From: Hydrolagus colliei
Lineage: Eukaryota
Length of the DNA stretch: 64,000 nt
Direction: 5' to 3'
NCBI GenBank assembly: GCA_035084275.1
Contig: CM068750.1
Location: 7,192,001 to 7,256,000 of the forward strand
The translations under genes and the position numbers were made by a program. This document shows positions 49,584 to 61,750 of this stretch, piece after piece. The notes beneath the pieces are model-generated. The model saw only the letters and a program-made list of their open reading frames with translations, made no database searches and was not told the origin of the DNA. Positions within the stretch are counted from its first letter, which is position 1; each line of letters begins with the position of its first letter.

Positions 49584-50320
49584 AGTCAGGAATCTGGGTG
49601 TCTTGTTCGACCCTAGCTGTCCTTTCTCCCCTACATCTGCACCATGACCAGCAGTGCCTTCCACCACTTCTGTAACATTGTCAGAATCCGCCACTGCCTC
49701 ACCTCTCAGGCTGCCGAAATCCTCATCCATGCGTTCGTTACATCAAGACTTGAATATGGAAACTCCCTCCTCTTCAGCCATCTCAACTCTTCCCTTCACA
49801 AGCTGCAGATCATCCAAAACTCTGCAGCCCATGTCCTCTCTCACACCAAGCTCCTTGACCCCTTGACTCCTATCCTCACCCGGCTCCGTTGGCTCCCCAC
49901 CCCCCAGAGGATCGAATTCAAGATCCTCGTCCTCACTTTCAAGGCCATTCATGGCCTTGCTCCTTCCTATCTCACCAATCTGCTGACTCCCTATCAACCT
50001 GCATGCTCCCTCCATTCAGCGGGCTTTTATCTGCTCCATGTCCCACGCCCGACCCATCGTACCATCGGTGGATGGGCTTTCAGCCTCTCTGCCCCCACGA
50101 TCTGGAACTCCATCCCACAGACCTTTTGCCTCAATTCCTCCCTTGCCTCCTTCAAGGCGGTCTCAAGACTCTCCTTTTTGATTGTGCATTCTGCTGCCCT
50201 CCCCTCCTACCCTGCCCCTTCCCCATGCTCAGGTCCCAATCCCTGACTGTTCAGTGCCTTGGGACGTCTTCCCGACGTAAAAGGCACTCTATAAATGTGA
50301 TTCTGTTGTTTTTGTTGCTG
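49584..50320 (+). mobile_element. L2 LINE 3' portion (ORF2 C-terminus and 3'UTR)
   Basis: VRNLGVLFDP, LIHAFVTSRLEYGNSLL, LQIIQNSAA, LRWLP, IEFKILVLTFKAIHGLAPSYL, IWNSIP; tail cccgacgtaaaaggcactctataaatg and (TTG)n. Confidence 0.95.
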
Positions 50321-51239
50321 ACATACTATGTTTTGCTGTGGTAAAGTTGTGTTTAAAAAACGAGAATTCATTAAAATGCGTGAAAGTATCAGGGGAGGCT
50401 TTAACGTCAAATAACATATTTCCATTTTCAGCAGCCCTTTCTAAAGTGACAGATTTATTCACCTGAGATATTGCTGAAAACATCATGCACATTTTTATTG
50501 TACAGTATTTATGAGCAAATCATAGTGAGAATTTATCTACATTAATTTTGATTCCACATAGAGAATTTCTCAGACAATTAATTCCCATCTACAGCATGTT
50601 ACTTCACTTATAAACAACGTATTTTTTCAGCTCCAGTGCACCGCTATTGATCTTAGGTGACCTTCTACCCTTTGTCCTGTAGTCTGCACCATTAATCACC
50701 CATTAATGATCCAAAGGCACATAACAGAGTCTCAGAATGAGTTAATACCCTGTTTTGAAATGGTAAGAGGAAACTGATGTATCATCTTTCTGGCCAATGA
50801 TACCTAAAATCATCCCAATGAGGCATCTAACGGTTTAATAAATCTAATAAATCTTGCTTTGGCTTTGTCGTTGCTGATACTACTATGTTTTGCTCGCAGT
50901 ATATTTGTTACTTCAATTTATGGATTAACAGATTGGTGAATTCAGAACAAGAGCTGATTGTGTATATGGGTATATTTCTTGAACCAAAGAGGCTTCAGGT
51001 AGAAATCAAAATATCTGCCAAACTTAACACACACACAAAAAATGCTCTTTATCAAACGTAAGGATTATTATTATTATTATCAAGCGCAGAGGAAAGCTGG
51101 CCAAAGAACCGGAGAACATAGTCATAAAAGAAAGCAATAATATGGTACCTGAAAAGTATACACAACATTTTCTTCAAGTTTAAACAACTGACACATGAAC
51201 AATTCTGCAAGTTTCACCCAACACAGTGCCGGGTTCATA

Positions 51240-51510
51240 CTGGAACAACAGGGAAAGGTCACAAAACTGAAGTTCTTGGCAGATCAGAAATGGTTGGCAT
51301 TATTGGTCAGAGATTGTGCTCAAAGGGGTTTTATCCCCCCAACTGATGGAGGGGGTATGCTCTCTTAAGCCACTGAGGCAGATATAAAAACAACTTTAAG
51401 AAGAACTTGAAGGAGATTTGAAGGAATCTTTGTGTATTTTTCTTGGGAGACAGGAGCCAAAGACAGACATAATTGGGAATATTCTGTGGCCACTCTTTGA
51501 ATTTTTTGTC
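51240..51510 (+). mobile_element. Degraded CR1-like 3' region
   Basis: gaggcagatataaaaacaactttaagaagaacttg resembles EA.....FKKRLD at the CR1 ORF2 end. Confidence 0.35.
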
Positions 51511-54099
51511 ATTTATATTTTTGGCATTTTTATTTCCGCAATAGACCTTTGCACTGTATATTAATTTCCTTGAATTACCAATAGCACTTCTAACGGTCTT
51601 TAATTTTCAATCTAGTGAGGGAGCCCTGTGGTACAAAACAGTGGAGAAAGAGTTGGTAGGTGAAACTGTCATGCAGAGAACAGCCAGATCCAGGCTTTTC
51701 ATAACAAACCAGCTTCTACTGGATATCAATTGGCAAAACGCCGTCAGTTTTATGCTGAAAATAAAATTCGAGGGAAAAAATTGAGAGCGAAAAAGGGAGA
51801 GATAAAGAGAGCAGTCAGAGAGACTCAGATCAGCTAATCAAATCTCAAAGAAGCTTTTGGAAGAAATCTCAATGAGATTTATAAAAAGGAAGCATTGAAA
51901 TATTATTCTGAGGAAGTCATAAAAATTTCAAGCATCTATCCAGATTATACATATTTATATTTTAGTGACAACGACTTTCTACGTGCAAAGGTATTGTACT
52001 CAATAGGACCATTAATATAAGACCATTAAAACTTCTGCAGATGGCAAAACAAAGTTGCGGAGTTAGTCACAGTTCTCCTGCCTCTTTCCAGTAACTCATT
52101 TTGGAAAGTTTGCAAGCGTGGAGGTCAGGTGAGGACTGGATCAGACTGAGCGCGGAAGTGGCCCATGGTGAAATATCCTGCTGACACTCAACTCTGTTGG
52201 GAGTGTCTCGTCTCACAAGAGTCTCGCATGAACGACGATGATTTGGACGAGGTACAGGAGGGGAACCATACCATGCACGGTAGCCTCTTGTCTGCAACTT
52301 TAGGGGAATGCAATCAATGTTAGAAATTCTCAAGTAATAACATATTATTATTTTACTTTGACCACAACTAATACGTATTGCAGAATTTATCATTTCATTT
52401 AGCCATTATGCCATTTTCAATACAGCTGCTTTGGAGCTGTGGCACCTCACTGGTGCCAGCACTACTTACTGAGAGCCATCAGTCATTACCTCCATTACTT
52501 GTGTTGGACTGGAAGCAAAGACCCTTGGGTGGCAAAATATGAATAATGAGTGCATTTGCAGTAAAAAAAAATCATTTGAAATACTGCAATCTAAATCCAG
52601 GGTTTCTCAGTAAGTTAGGAATATCAGGTGTTTACTTATGCTTTTGTGTTCATGAGGAGAAAGAAATGTCCTTTCGATGTTTCTTATATACAGTAATAGA
52701 GTGAGAATTCATTCAAAATACCGGTCTGATTTACTTGTAATTTTTTTTAAAAGTCAAGGTTTTCAGAATGAGATACAGTGACACTTTATTGGATAATTCC
52801 TGTGATATATTGGTTAATACTGTGTGTTATATCCATTGTAGTAAAAGCTGTCTTTTCCTACATAAAAGGCATATTGTACTTAATGTAACAGTCAAAGAAT
52901 GTTTGAACAGATTAGTTCCTATCTGAACAATTCACTCAGAATGTTTGATTAATTTAAGTCTTGGATTGTAAGTTATTGTGTGTTAACAATCATTCAGCTC
53001 AGTTCTGTCAGGTTACAACACTATTCATAATGTTCCTTTATCCTTTTAAAAAAAATCATACAGGTAAATGAATTATTTAGTTTATACATATTTTTAAACA
53101 CAGTAACAAGCTTTTAATTCTTCAGAGCATTACACAAGCCAAAGCTTCATTTTCAGCGAGATTGTTGATACGTGTTTCAACAAGCGCAGAATCACAGCTG
53201 CACATAAAAAAAACTCCTTCAACTGTGCTTTGTTGTTTTGTTAGTGTTAACTGTGAGTTTGTTTTGTCAAAAGCCTTTTTATGGGTGTACAGAAATTTAA
53301 CAATATGCTTCTACCATTCTATGCCTGTACCATAAAACAGAGCCGATGGAATGTTGGATTCATCATTGGTTTAGATCTATGGGTTAAGAAAAACTGAAGG
53401 GAAAGAAATATGGAAGGAACACATGGCCTTGTTGTAAAAAAAAGTTCTCTTTCCAAAACTAAGTAAAGGAAAAAATCTAGAGCTATCATAAAGTAATGTT
53501 TCACTTCCTTGGGGGTGAAACAAAAACCTTTCTTCCTCATATATCAATCTGCAAGTATGTTTTGCCACTGAGGACAAACCTTGTACGAGGCTGATTACAT
53601 AATTCGAACAGGTCGACTTTCCTAACACTTTAGTCTTCAAGTGACACCAAGAAATCACACTCATCAAATTCGCACCTAGCTCGTCTGCCAAAGAAATCAC
53701 GGTTCCAGCAGATGGATTGTTGAGAAAAAAATATGCTCAAAAGAGCAGACTCGGAGCTCAGTCAACAAGCTCCTGATCTCTGCGGTTACTGCGTGATCTT
53801 ATTGGCCAAAGGTCTCTTGAACGTTTGTTTCTCATGTTTGACAGTAGAACTACAATTACTGCCTGGAGCTTCCAAAGACTGATGTTATGAGCTATACCTG
53901 TTGCAGATCCCAATCGATAAACATTGCCATTTTTTTTTAAATGAACAGCCTCCACTCTGTCAAATTCTTTCTACACTTCTGAAGCATTTCCACATACATT
54001 AGAAAGTGAGTTCAGCCTTGTAATATTGATGCAACTATGGCTCTCCCTGGGGTGTAAAGAAATGGGGACCTTTGAGATTGATGGCAGCAGTGATGGACA

Positions 54100-54335
54100 T
54101 AGTGACTATCTTGAACACTTACTTCCTGAGAAATGTAATCAGGTACTGAGGTCATGGATGGGGCTAAATATTTTCTTGGGTATCACAAAGCACCAGTATG
54201 AGAATGAAAGTAGTCACTGACCCTTTTGACCTTGAGGTGCCTCCTTGATGACTTGGGAACATAACAAGCATCCTGGGTCTTCTAATTACCACATTCCCCT
54301 ATGATGATGAATCCCCTACAACTAGTGACACAATG
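54100..54335 (-). pseudogene. CR1 ORF1 esterase (SGNH-like) domain remnant
   Basis: Minus strand reads LVVGDS, then RRPRMLVMFP, similar to VVGDSIIRG...SRMVCCLPG of CR1 ORF1. Confidence 0.5.
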
Positions 54336-54784
54336 TCTGAGAACTCGAGGTCTCTCAGATCCAAGCATCAGTGCTGAGCTCCTCTTAGCAAAAGAAAAAC
54401 CTGCTCAGATGGTCCTCTTAAAAACACTGCCAGAGCTGTATTGGATTGTTTTCCATTGGCTATTTTGATATCTAGAAGCGAAACTGACGATTATCGCGGG
54501 TGCTGTGGGATGGCTTACTGGCATATCCGTCATCTGGCATGAAACTGAGCAATTGGCAAATTATTCTGCTCCATTTATTAGGTTAGGCCACTCAGAGACA
54601 CAAGCCCACATGAAGGCCATATATAAATGCAAGTAGTTGTTATTGTGTGTAAGTGTATGGTTTAAATACATGATTTGACGTTGAAACTATCATATAATAG
54701 GAAAAAAAATACAAAATTAAAGCAAGAAGATAAATGTCACATACTGTATATATATTGCATTCCATCATTGACTTTCTGAACTTT

Positions 54785-54863
54785 ATAATAACAATCCTTG
54801 CATTTGATATAGTGCATTATCGTATTGTTGGGACATCTCAAAGAACTTCACAGGATATACTGT
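54785..54863 (-). mobile_element. SINE 3' tail
   Basis: aatccttgcatttgatatagtgc...gacatctcaaagaacttcacaggatatactgt. Confidence 0.8.
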
Positions 54864-55121
54864 TATTATATAATATTATTATTATATTATTATTGTTCCC
54901 CGGAAGCAAATCTGAGCTGTATTGAAGGCTCACATGGAGCTTTCTTGTTATTATATTATTATAGTATTATATTATCAATATATTATTATATATTATTAAT
55001 AATGAATAATAGTGATTTATAATAATTATTAATAAAGATTTATTATATTGTTGTTAATATAATCATTATTATATTATTATAATTAGTATTAATATTGTTA
55101 TATTTTTATTATATTATTATT
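54864..55121. repeat. AT-only low-complexity / degenerate (TAT)n repeat
   Basis: Almost entirely A/T trinucleotide-like units, interrupted by about 50 bp of mixed sequence at 54895-54946. Confidence 0.9.
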
Positions 55122-55425
55122 GTGGAGTACTGTAGCTCGGTGGTTAGAGCATTCGCCTGAGAAGCAAGAGACCAGGGTTCAATTCCAGGCAGGTCAGATT
55201 TCTTTACTCCACCAACACGCCTGATAATAATCCATCAAGAAATGATAATAAATTGGCCATTTTTCACGACTGTTTGTGACACAGTGCTGTGCGCAATTGG
55301 CTGCCACGTTTCGCTCACAATATATAGTCAATTCACTTTACGGTATATTCTCTGAAGTACTTTGAGACGTGTCTCGAAGATGTGAAAAGCACTATATCAA
55401 ATGCAAGGATTATTATTATTATTAC
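55122..55425 (+). mobile_element. SINE family A, full length, short variant
   Basis: tagctcggtggttagagc and gggttcaattcc boxes, standard body, (TTA)n tail; flanked by tattattatt on both sides. Confidence 0.95.
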
Positions 55426-55431
55426 TACTAC

Positions 55432-55610
55432 TGTAATGTGGTTTTGACTGTGTATTTTTGTGGGCAAAACTCATCAGCCAGTTTGCGCACAGCAATGTTC
55501 CACAAACATCTGTTGAGTGAATGACTAAGTTATTTTTATTTGGGTTGTTGGTCAGAACACTGGGTAGAGAAACTCCCTTTTCTTTTTGAATAGTGCCATG
55601 GGATCTTTAT
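55432..55610 (-). mobile_element. Deu-domain SINE fragment
   Basis: Reverse strand reads aaagatcccatggcactattcaaaaagaaaagggagtttctc...ctgaccaaca...gctgtgcgcaaactggctg. Confidence 0.8.
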
Positions 55611-56080
55611 AGGAGTGTTGCATGTGAATCCATATGCACTCATTCCTGTATCAATTGAAATGGCAGAAAAAATAAGCAGCATCATGGGCTGTACCTTGCT
55701 TCCTAATTTGTGAAATCCAGAAATATCTCCTTGTGTATCCAGAATGCTTGGGATTATCTTCAATGGTAAAGAATTTCTGAAATTCAAGATGAAAGGGGGA
55801 AAATTACATGTTTTTGTGCTAAACTATGTCTGGGTTTAAATTTTTAATATGTATTTTTTCCCCTCTTACGAGAAACTTAATGACCTAACCCATCCATGGT
55901 TGCCAACAACCCTGTGATACCATACAAGAGGAAATTGTGTGCATTAAGAGATGTATAATGTTGCCAGAATGGAAGAGAAAGAGAGAACGGGAACATTTCT
56001 GCAGTAAATTTTTACAATTTTCTGCTTGCAAGACTCACAATTCCTACTATAAATGCATAAAACTGCAAGTCAGCGAGGAT

Positions 56081-56262
56081 AATAAGTAATAGTAATCCTT
56101 GCATTTGATATAGAACTTTTCACATCTCCTAGACACCTCAAAGTGCTTCACAGGATATACTGTATAGTGAATTGACTGTATTTTGTTGGCGAAACGCTAC
56201 AGCCAATTGTGTACAGTGGTGTCCTACAAACAGTCGTTGATTGCTGTGACCAATTTATTAAT
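56081..56262 (-). mobile_element. SINE family A, 3' half
   Basis: aatccttgcatttgatatag...cagccaattg...aaacagtcgttgattg. Confidence 0.9.
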
Positions 56263-59204
56263 TTTTTCTTCATGTGAATTATGATTTCCCATCATATGTA
56301 TTCTAACTACAAAATACATAGACATTGGACTTCAAGGTAAAATTGTATGTATCCCTGATATGAAAAAGTGCGACACGAAATGCTAATATTATTATAAACG
56401 CACAATGAAATATACATTATTGTAGTAGAGCAGACTAAGTACCCTCATCTTTATGGTTTAAAAAACACACGGGAGAGTACAATTCACACTCGTCCATTCC
56501 ATTCATCCATCAGGGTAGCCCTGCCCAAAGTCTTTCCTTTAAGATGTTATAGCTAGTTTGCAACACTCTACATGGTATTTTAATTCTATCCAAGAGAGCT
56601 ACGGCAATAGAAAAACAACTCTAAGCCACTGGAAATGTGCAATGGTTTAGATTTGACATAGGCCTTCTCATTTTCAGTCAATACATGATTTTGTTTAATT
56701 GACTCACAGCAATCAAACACACTGTAGCAACCATTAAAGGTACCAAATAAAGTACAGTACGCTTTTACCCCTTCCCCACCCGCGAAATGCCGCATGCACA
56801 GATGTGGCAGTTGTGTTTTATTAAAAAGTCAGCATCTTGTGGTATATTTGTTTCTTCACCTGATGATGAATCACATGAAGGACATAACTGATTTTGACAT
56901 TTACAATGTTTTACTTATGAGCCAGAATATAAAATAGTGCACAGGAAACAAAGCCGCAGTGCCTCGTATTTTAATTGCGTGATTTAGTGAGGAGCAGAGT
57001 TATTCCCAAGCAACACGGCTGAGCACTGAAGATTTGAAGCACAGGCGACCAAAGCCAGCTTCATGGTTTCTTTGCTTGTTAACTGTACTGAATACTGAGA
57101 CTGACAAACAACAACTGTGGAAAGGAGAGCAAAGCCTGCTTCCATCTCTCCAGATGCTCACCACCCTGACTGTAGTTCATCAGAGAGACTCTTTGGAGCA
57201 TTCCAGCTGCTGTAATTAGCTATGCAGCTGCTTAATAAGTCAGAACATTTAATAGAAAAACAGGACATGAGCAATTAACTATTCAGAAAAAGTTCAGATC
57301 TTTCTCTTTTAACCCTTCTCATGCTTCGTGCTGTGGTTCCACAAGTACCACTTGGTATATTTATACAGCAATTTTCAGCTAAAAAAGACAGTTGCAATAT
57401 ATCAGTTCCTTTTTTCTAAGAGATTCCAATAATTCCACTGTTCACCCCACGGAAATAAAAACAGCCGACAGAATCTGAAACAGTTTGTTCACCTGAATTG
57501 AGGCAGTGTGTGCAATGCTTAAATAGTTCAGTGAAATGTCTGCCATTTGTACAAATATTCAGTGCATAGGAAGTATGTACTTGACAAAAGTACTAACATA
57601 TCGTTTTCTCATTTATGTATACCTTTGAAATTCAACACAAAGGAGTCCAAAGACTAGCAATTTCAACTGGGATTTCTTCATGTGGAAAGTATAACAAATG
57701 CTGTTTCCACCTCTCCATCCAATATATAAAGATATGTAGCTTGGAACTGGAGACTGGAAGCTGCAAAAGTTTTGATGAAGACTTCAATTGCAGGCATAAT
57801 CCATCTATTCATCACTGTATACCGTGTTACTTCTTGACTCCTTGTTGATTAGATTTTTGCATTCTGCATACTGTACATTGAATTCACAGAGGCAGATGAG
57901 CCGACAGAGTTTTAAACCGCACACAAAATCAACTGTAAAGCAGAAAGAAAGAGAAAAACAACCTTTTCAGCAAATGAGGCAGATTTATTTATTCTTACTG
58001 ATGTCAAAATCATTCATTTGCAATTCATTCATTTTGCTGACAGCGAAACTGCCTCCGGCAAATGAGTTGTGAGCCCAAACCGAACACAAATGAGAAGGGT
58101 TCATCAACTATTTGGTTAGGAGGTCAAGAAGGCAACATTGAGATAACTGGACAACACATAGGATAAAAAGGTAACATAACATAAACACTTATTAGTTAGG
58201 CATCTGAGATAACTCTGACTGTTCTCTTGGGATCCCACATATTTTTTCTGTTGAATATTATTGTATTGCTTATGTTGTACTGTACAAAATCTTTTTTACT
58301 CTTAAATGATGCTGGAGATTGAAATCATCGCATTACAGTTACAAAACTGTCACTCGTACGAAAGCTAAACAAACCATTTTCTTAGCTGTTAACACAGTCC
58401 AGCTATTTAATACTGATTAGTAAACATTGTCCATCATTAAACTGTTGTTGGAGACACAAATGCTTAGCTAAAGCCCCAAAGGGCTGAACTAATGTGTGGC
58501 ATTCAATTCCTCCATAAACTGAGATCAAACACAATTCAAGGAATGTTAATGGCTTCAGGTATCAATGAGGTGTATGACAATGGGGTGAAACTGGTAAGTT
58601 GAGGTAATTACCAGTATACTGTGCGGGAGGTCATCAGTTACAGTCTGACATCTGCTGATTCTACATCACTAGAGAGTAAAGGTGACATCATGTCTGAAAT
58701 ACTCAGACCAAGAGAAGGAGTAATACTGTAGTTCTGTATTTCCATTTCCCTCTTTTCCTCCCCCTGCCTAAACTACCAATGTTACATCCATAGAATTGAG
58801 GCATTCATGCTCCGAAGGTGATACTTGATTTAATGAACGGTTTGACCTAACCTGTCAAATCTAAATATTTTCTGGTTTTGTGACAGGACTTCAGCTTCAG
58901 GTTACCTGATGCTTTCTGGAGTGAATTTCACAGTCGATTCAACAAACCAATTTCAAATGCTTTTATTTTTCATTCAAAGAGAGAGAATTATGACAAAATA
59001 TTATACTTTCTTTCATTTCTTTCCCATTTCTCTTGCGTATTTTTCACTTACTGCTCAGAGGTCATTGTTTTAAAATATATGACCATAGAGATAGAGAGCA
59101 TCACAACAAATAGTATTTGTGAGCACACCAACAACTACACGTTTACATTCCAGCAGTGTTCACTACATAGAGATCAGGAGCAGAAACTCCAGCAGGGAAG
59201 CTCA

Positions 59205-59322
59205 GATCACACATCCCCACCACCACTGTCCTCCCCTCTCGTCCCCTCGGGTTCCAACCCTGTCTTTGTGAAGCGTTCTGAGATCATTATGTGATTGGGG
59301 TTAACTAAATGCAAGATGTTGG
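59205..59322 (+). mobile_element. Old L2 3' end
   Basis: Pyrimidine-rich UTR, gtgaagcgttctgagat, taaatgcaagatgttg. Confidence 0.55.
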
Positions 59323-59699
59323 AGTAACTGAGATCAGATAGCTCAGAACAGAGCAGGGATTAAATCTGAATAAACATGTTTTTATAGTAAATCCTGAGAC
59401 TGTTGTGCTCAGTGGATCACGCCCCCTGAGGTGGAATTCATGACATCAACACGGAAATGATTGTACATCCTCATTCTCAAAGCATGCCCGAGTCTTTCCA
59501 AGTTACAAATTATAGCTTTTTCTCCTGACTGTAGAGGTTCCCTGCAATTTCGGAAAACTCAGGATAAATGTGGCTTTGAAAAATATCAAGCATTTGCCAT
59601 GCACAGAATCGTAAAAAAGGACCTGACTCCTTCCTACCTTTCCTAGCACAACCAAGGAGTATGGCACCATACTCAAATGTGAGTGTAAAAACTGTAAGG

Positions 59700-59808
59700 T
59701 TCAGTTCTGACGAAGGGTTGTAGACCCGAAACGTTGACTCTTTTTCCTTTCTTCATGGATGCTGCCTGACCTGCTGAGTTTCCCCAGCAACTTCTGTTTT
59801 TGTTTCAG
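59700..59808 (+). mobile_element. Penelope-like element terminal repeat fragment
   Basis: tctgacgaaggg...cccgaaacgtt...gatgctgcctgacctgctgagtttccccagca...ttctgtttttgtttcag resembles the Penelope-associated segment common in chondrichthyan DNA. Confidence 0.7.
59703..59739 (+). ncRNA. Minimal type I hammerhead ribozyme motif
   Basis: Helix I AGUU/GACU, core CUGACGA, extra A, helix II GGGU-UGUAG-ACCC, GAAA, palindromic ACGU as helix III, GUU cleavage triplet ending at 59735. Confidence 0.7.
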
Positions 59809-59844
59809 GTTTGCCATTGCTTTCTTCACCTTTAACTGTGGCAC

Positions 59845-59906
59845 CAGACCTTGGGACATCCTCCCTACATGAAAGGCGCTATACAAATGTAATTTTGTTG
59901 TTGCTT
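59845..59906 (+). mobile_element. L2 3' tail
   Basis: cttgggacatcctccctacatgaaaggcgctatacaaatgtaattttgttgttg. Confidence 0.85.
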
Positions 59907-60054
59907 GTTGAGTACAATACTAAGCAAAAATGGCAGGTACAAGCAACCCTAATGCAGGATTTTCCAAACTTAATGCTTTGTGCTATGAGCGACAAAAATG
60001 CTCAGTGAAATTCTATGCAGATTACCCTGGAGCATGTTGCTTAATGTGAAAATG

Positions 60055-60335
60055 AACCACACAGAAGCAGAAAGTTCCAGGTTCGATCGTTGACCTGTGT
60101 TGAGTGAGTTATCTGATCTCAGGTGAATGAGCAGTAGAGGTGCTGCAATCTGCCTCAATGCCCCCTTTAACAAGAGAGAGTGAAAAGTAATCAGCCAAAC
60201 TTTCCATTCCCGATTACTACTTGGTGACTCCTTCTGGAAAGTAGAGAGATTTATGAACATTGGACGAGACAGGATGAGATTGGGGTTGAATTGCCCAATG
60301 ATGCAGAATTTTCTGGCTCATCTATGAAGATACTA
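60055..60335 (+). mobile_element. Family C copy
   Basis: ccaggttcgatc B-box, gagttatctgatctcagg, gcagtagaggtgctgcaat, tcagcca, gtgactccttctggaaagt, gacaggat. Confidence 0.75.
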
Positions 60336-60769
60336 CAGAATCAGAGGCTGTATATTACATATATTTTGGGTCTTTAAAGAACTTGTAACATCTCCGCGCT
60401 TTCCAAGTACCGGTAATCTTTTCCCACAGCTCATACCTCTACAGAAATGAAACATTTGATTAATGCACCAAATTCCAATTTTGATACATTTAGCTGTACA
60501 AATCCAATTTATGTGTCTATCCTTAGAAAAATAAATACTGTTTAACATATAATGTACCTTATTAGCATCAACTGCAGTTCTTGATAAGATGGTTTAATTA
60601 AAATCCAAATTTATCTGGTACCAATTTCTGCTGTCCAAGATAATACAATATAGGTAGGACAACAACAGAATATGTTAGGTATCTGTTGTTTCTGATTGCT
60701 CACCTGTTCCTGTTAAAGGTTCCTTGGTCAATTTCCTTCCCTTTGCTGTTCCTTTCTCTCCTGAAGATG

Positions 60770-60880
60770 ACTCTTGTTTCACAGATTCTGGCTGCCCTCC
60801 AATACTTTGTCCAAGTAGCCATTCTTGGACAAATGAGCTTACCTTCTTCACGTATGAGGTTACACTGCCCCCTATGCTCG
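60770..60880 (-). mobile_element. Family C 3' fragment
   Basis: Reverse strand reads aagaatggctacttggacaaagtattggagggcagcc. Confidence 0.55.
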
Positions 60881-60929
60881 GCTAACTTGGGTTTGTACGT
60901 GTCCCCCACCCTCCCATCGATGGCCAAGC

Positions 60930-61075
60930 TTTAAGTTTCCATGCCCCTAACCTCTGGAACTCCCTCCCTCAACCCCTCCCCCTTGCCCCCTTTCTATCCA
61001 TCGTCATGTCCCATCTTGAAACCTATCTCTTCAGCCAGCTATGATCACCTACCGCAGAACCTTCTCCCCTCCCTC
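60930..61075 (+). mobile_element. Old L2 ORF2 end
   Basis: gcccctaacctctggaactccctccct (APNLWNSLP), ttgaaacctatctcttc. Confidence 0.75.
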
Positions 61076-61142
61076 CAGTACATTTAAATAAGCACCAATG
61101 TCTTGTGCATTACTATTTAAATCAGTAAAACACATGTCTGGT

Positions 61143-61305
61143 GGACATCTCAAAGTGCTTCACAGGATTTACTCTAAGGTGTTGTGATTTTGTAGGCAAA
61201 TTCAACTACCAATTTGCCCACAGACATGTCCCACAAACAGACATGAATTAAATGACTAATTTTGTCAGGCGGATTGTTGGCCAAAACTTCAGGAGAAACT
61301 CCCAA
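61143..61305 (-). mobile_element. Deu-domain SINE 3' half
   Basis: gacatctcaaagtgcttcacag...ccaatttgc...tcccacaaacag...attgttggcca...ggagaaactccc. Confidence 0.75.
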
Positions 61306-61549
61306 AGTCTCATAAACAAAGTTTCAGTCTGTCAAAAGGAGTGCCCATCATTTTGGTGCCATGTGTAATGTTGAAAAATAGCAACAAAATATCAGAATTT
61401 TTTCCTCATGTTTTTGACCTCTCCCTTTTTACTGCTCTTCCTTCTCTTTCTCATTTAGTTTTTTCTGTACGTTCTCCATTTCATTGATTTCCAGCTGTCC
61501 CAGACAAGTTTTCCCCCAATTCGTTCCTGTCCTTTATTCTTAAACTCTC

Positions 61550-61750
61550 CAAAACGCAGTTGGCTGACATCCCAACCTAATACCCATTCTTTATGGCTGG
61601 GGAGTAGCTGGGGATGAGGAGCATCCCAGCTGATTCCAAACATGTTCTTTCTTAACTTGGTAGGTCAACAAGTAGTGATTTGGAGCAGAAACCCAGAATA
61701 CTAAGGCCAATTGTGAACCCCAAATATTGCTTCCACTAAGATCAAGTACT
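61550..61750 (-). mobile_element. Family C fragment
   Basis: ggagcagaaaccc...aaggccaattgtg...ctaagatca matches the reverse of family C. Confidence 0.45.

Noticed and set aside
49644-50246. 200-aa ORF as a host gene
   Set aside because: It is the C-terminus of L2 ORF2 in a 5'-truncated insertion with frameshifts at both ends
53377-53955. ORFs of 107 and 65 aa in a CpG-containing stretch
   Set aside because: No recognisable domain and no consistent splice signals
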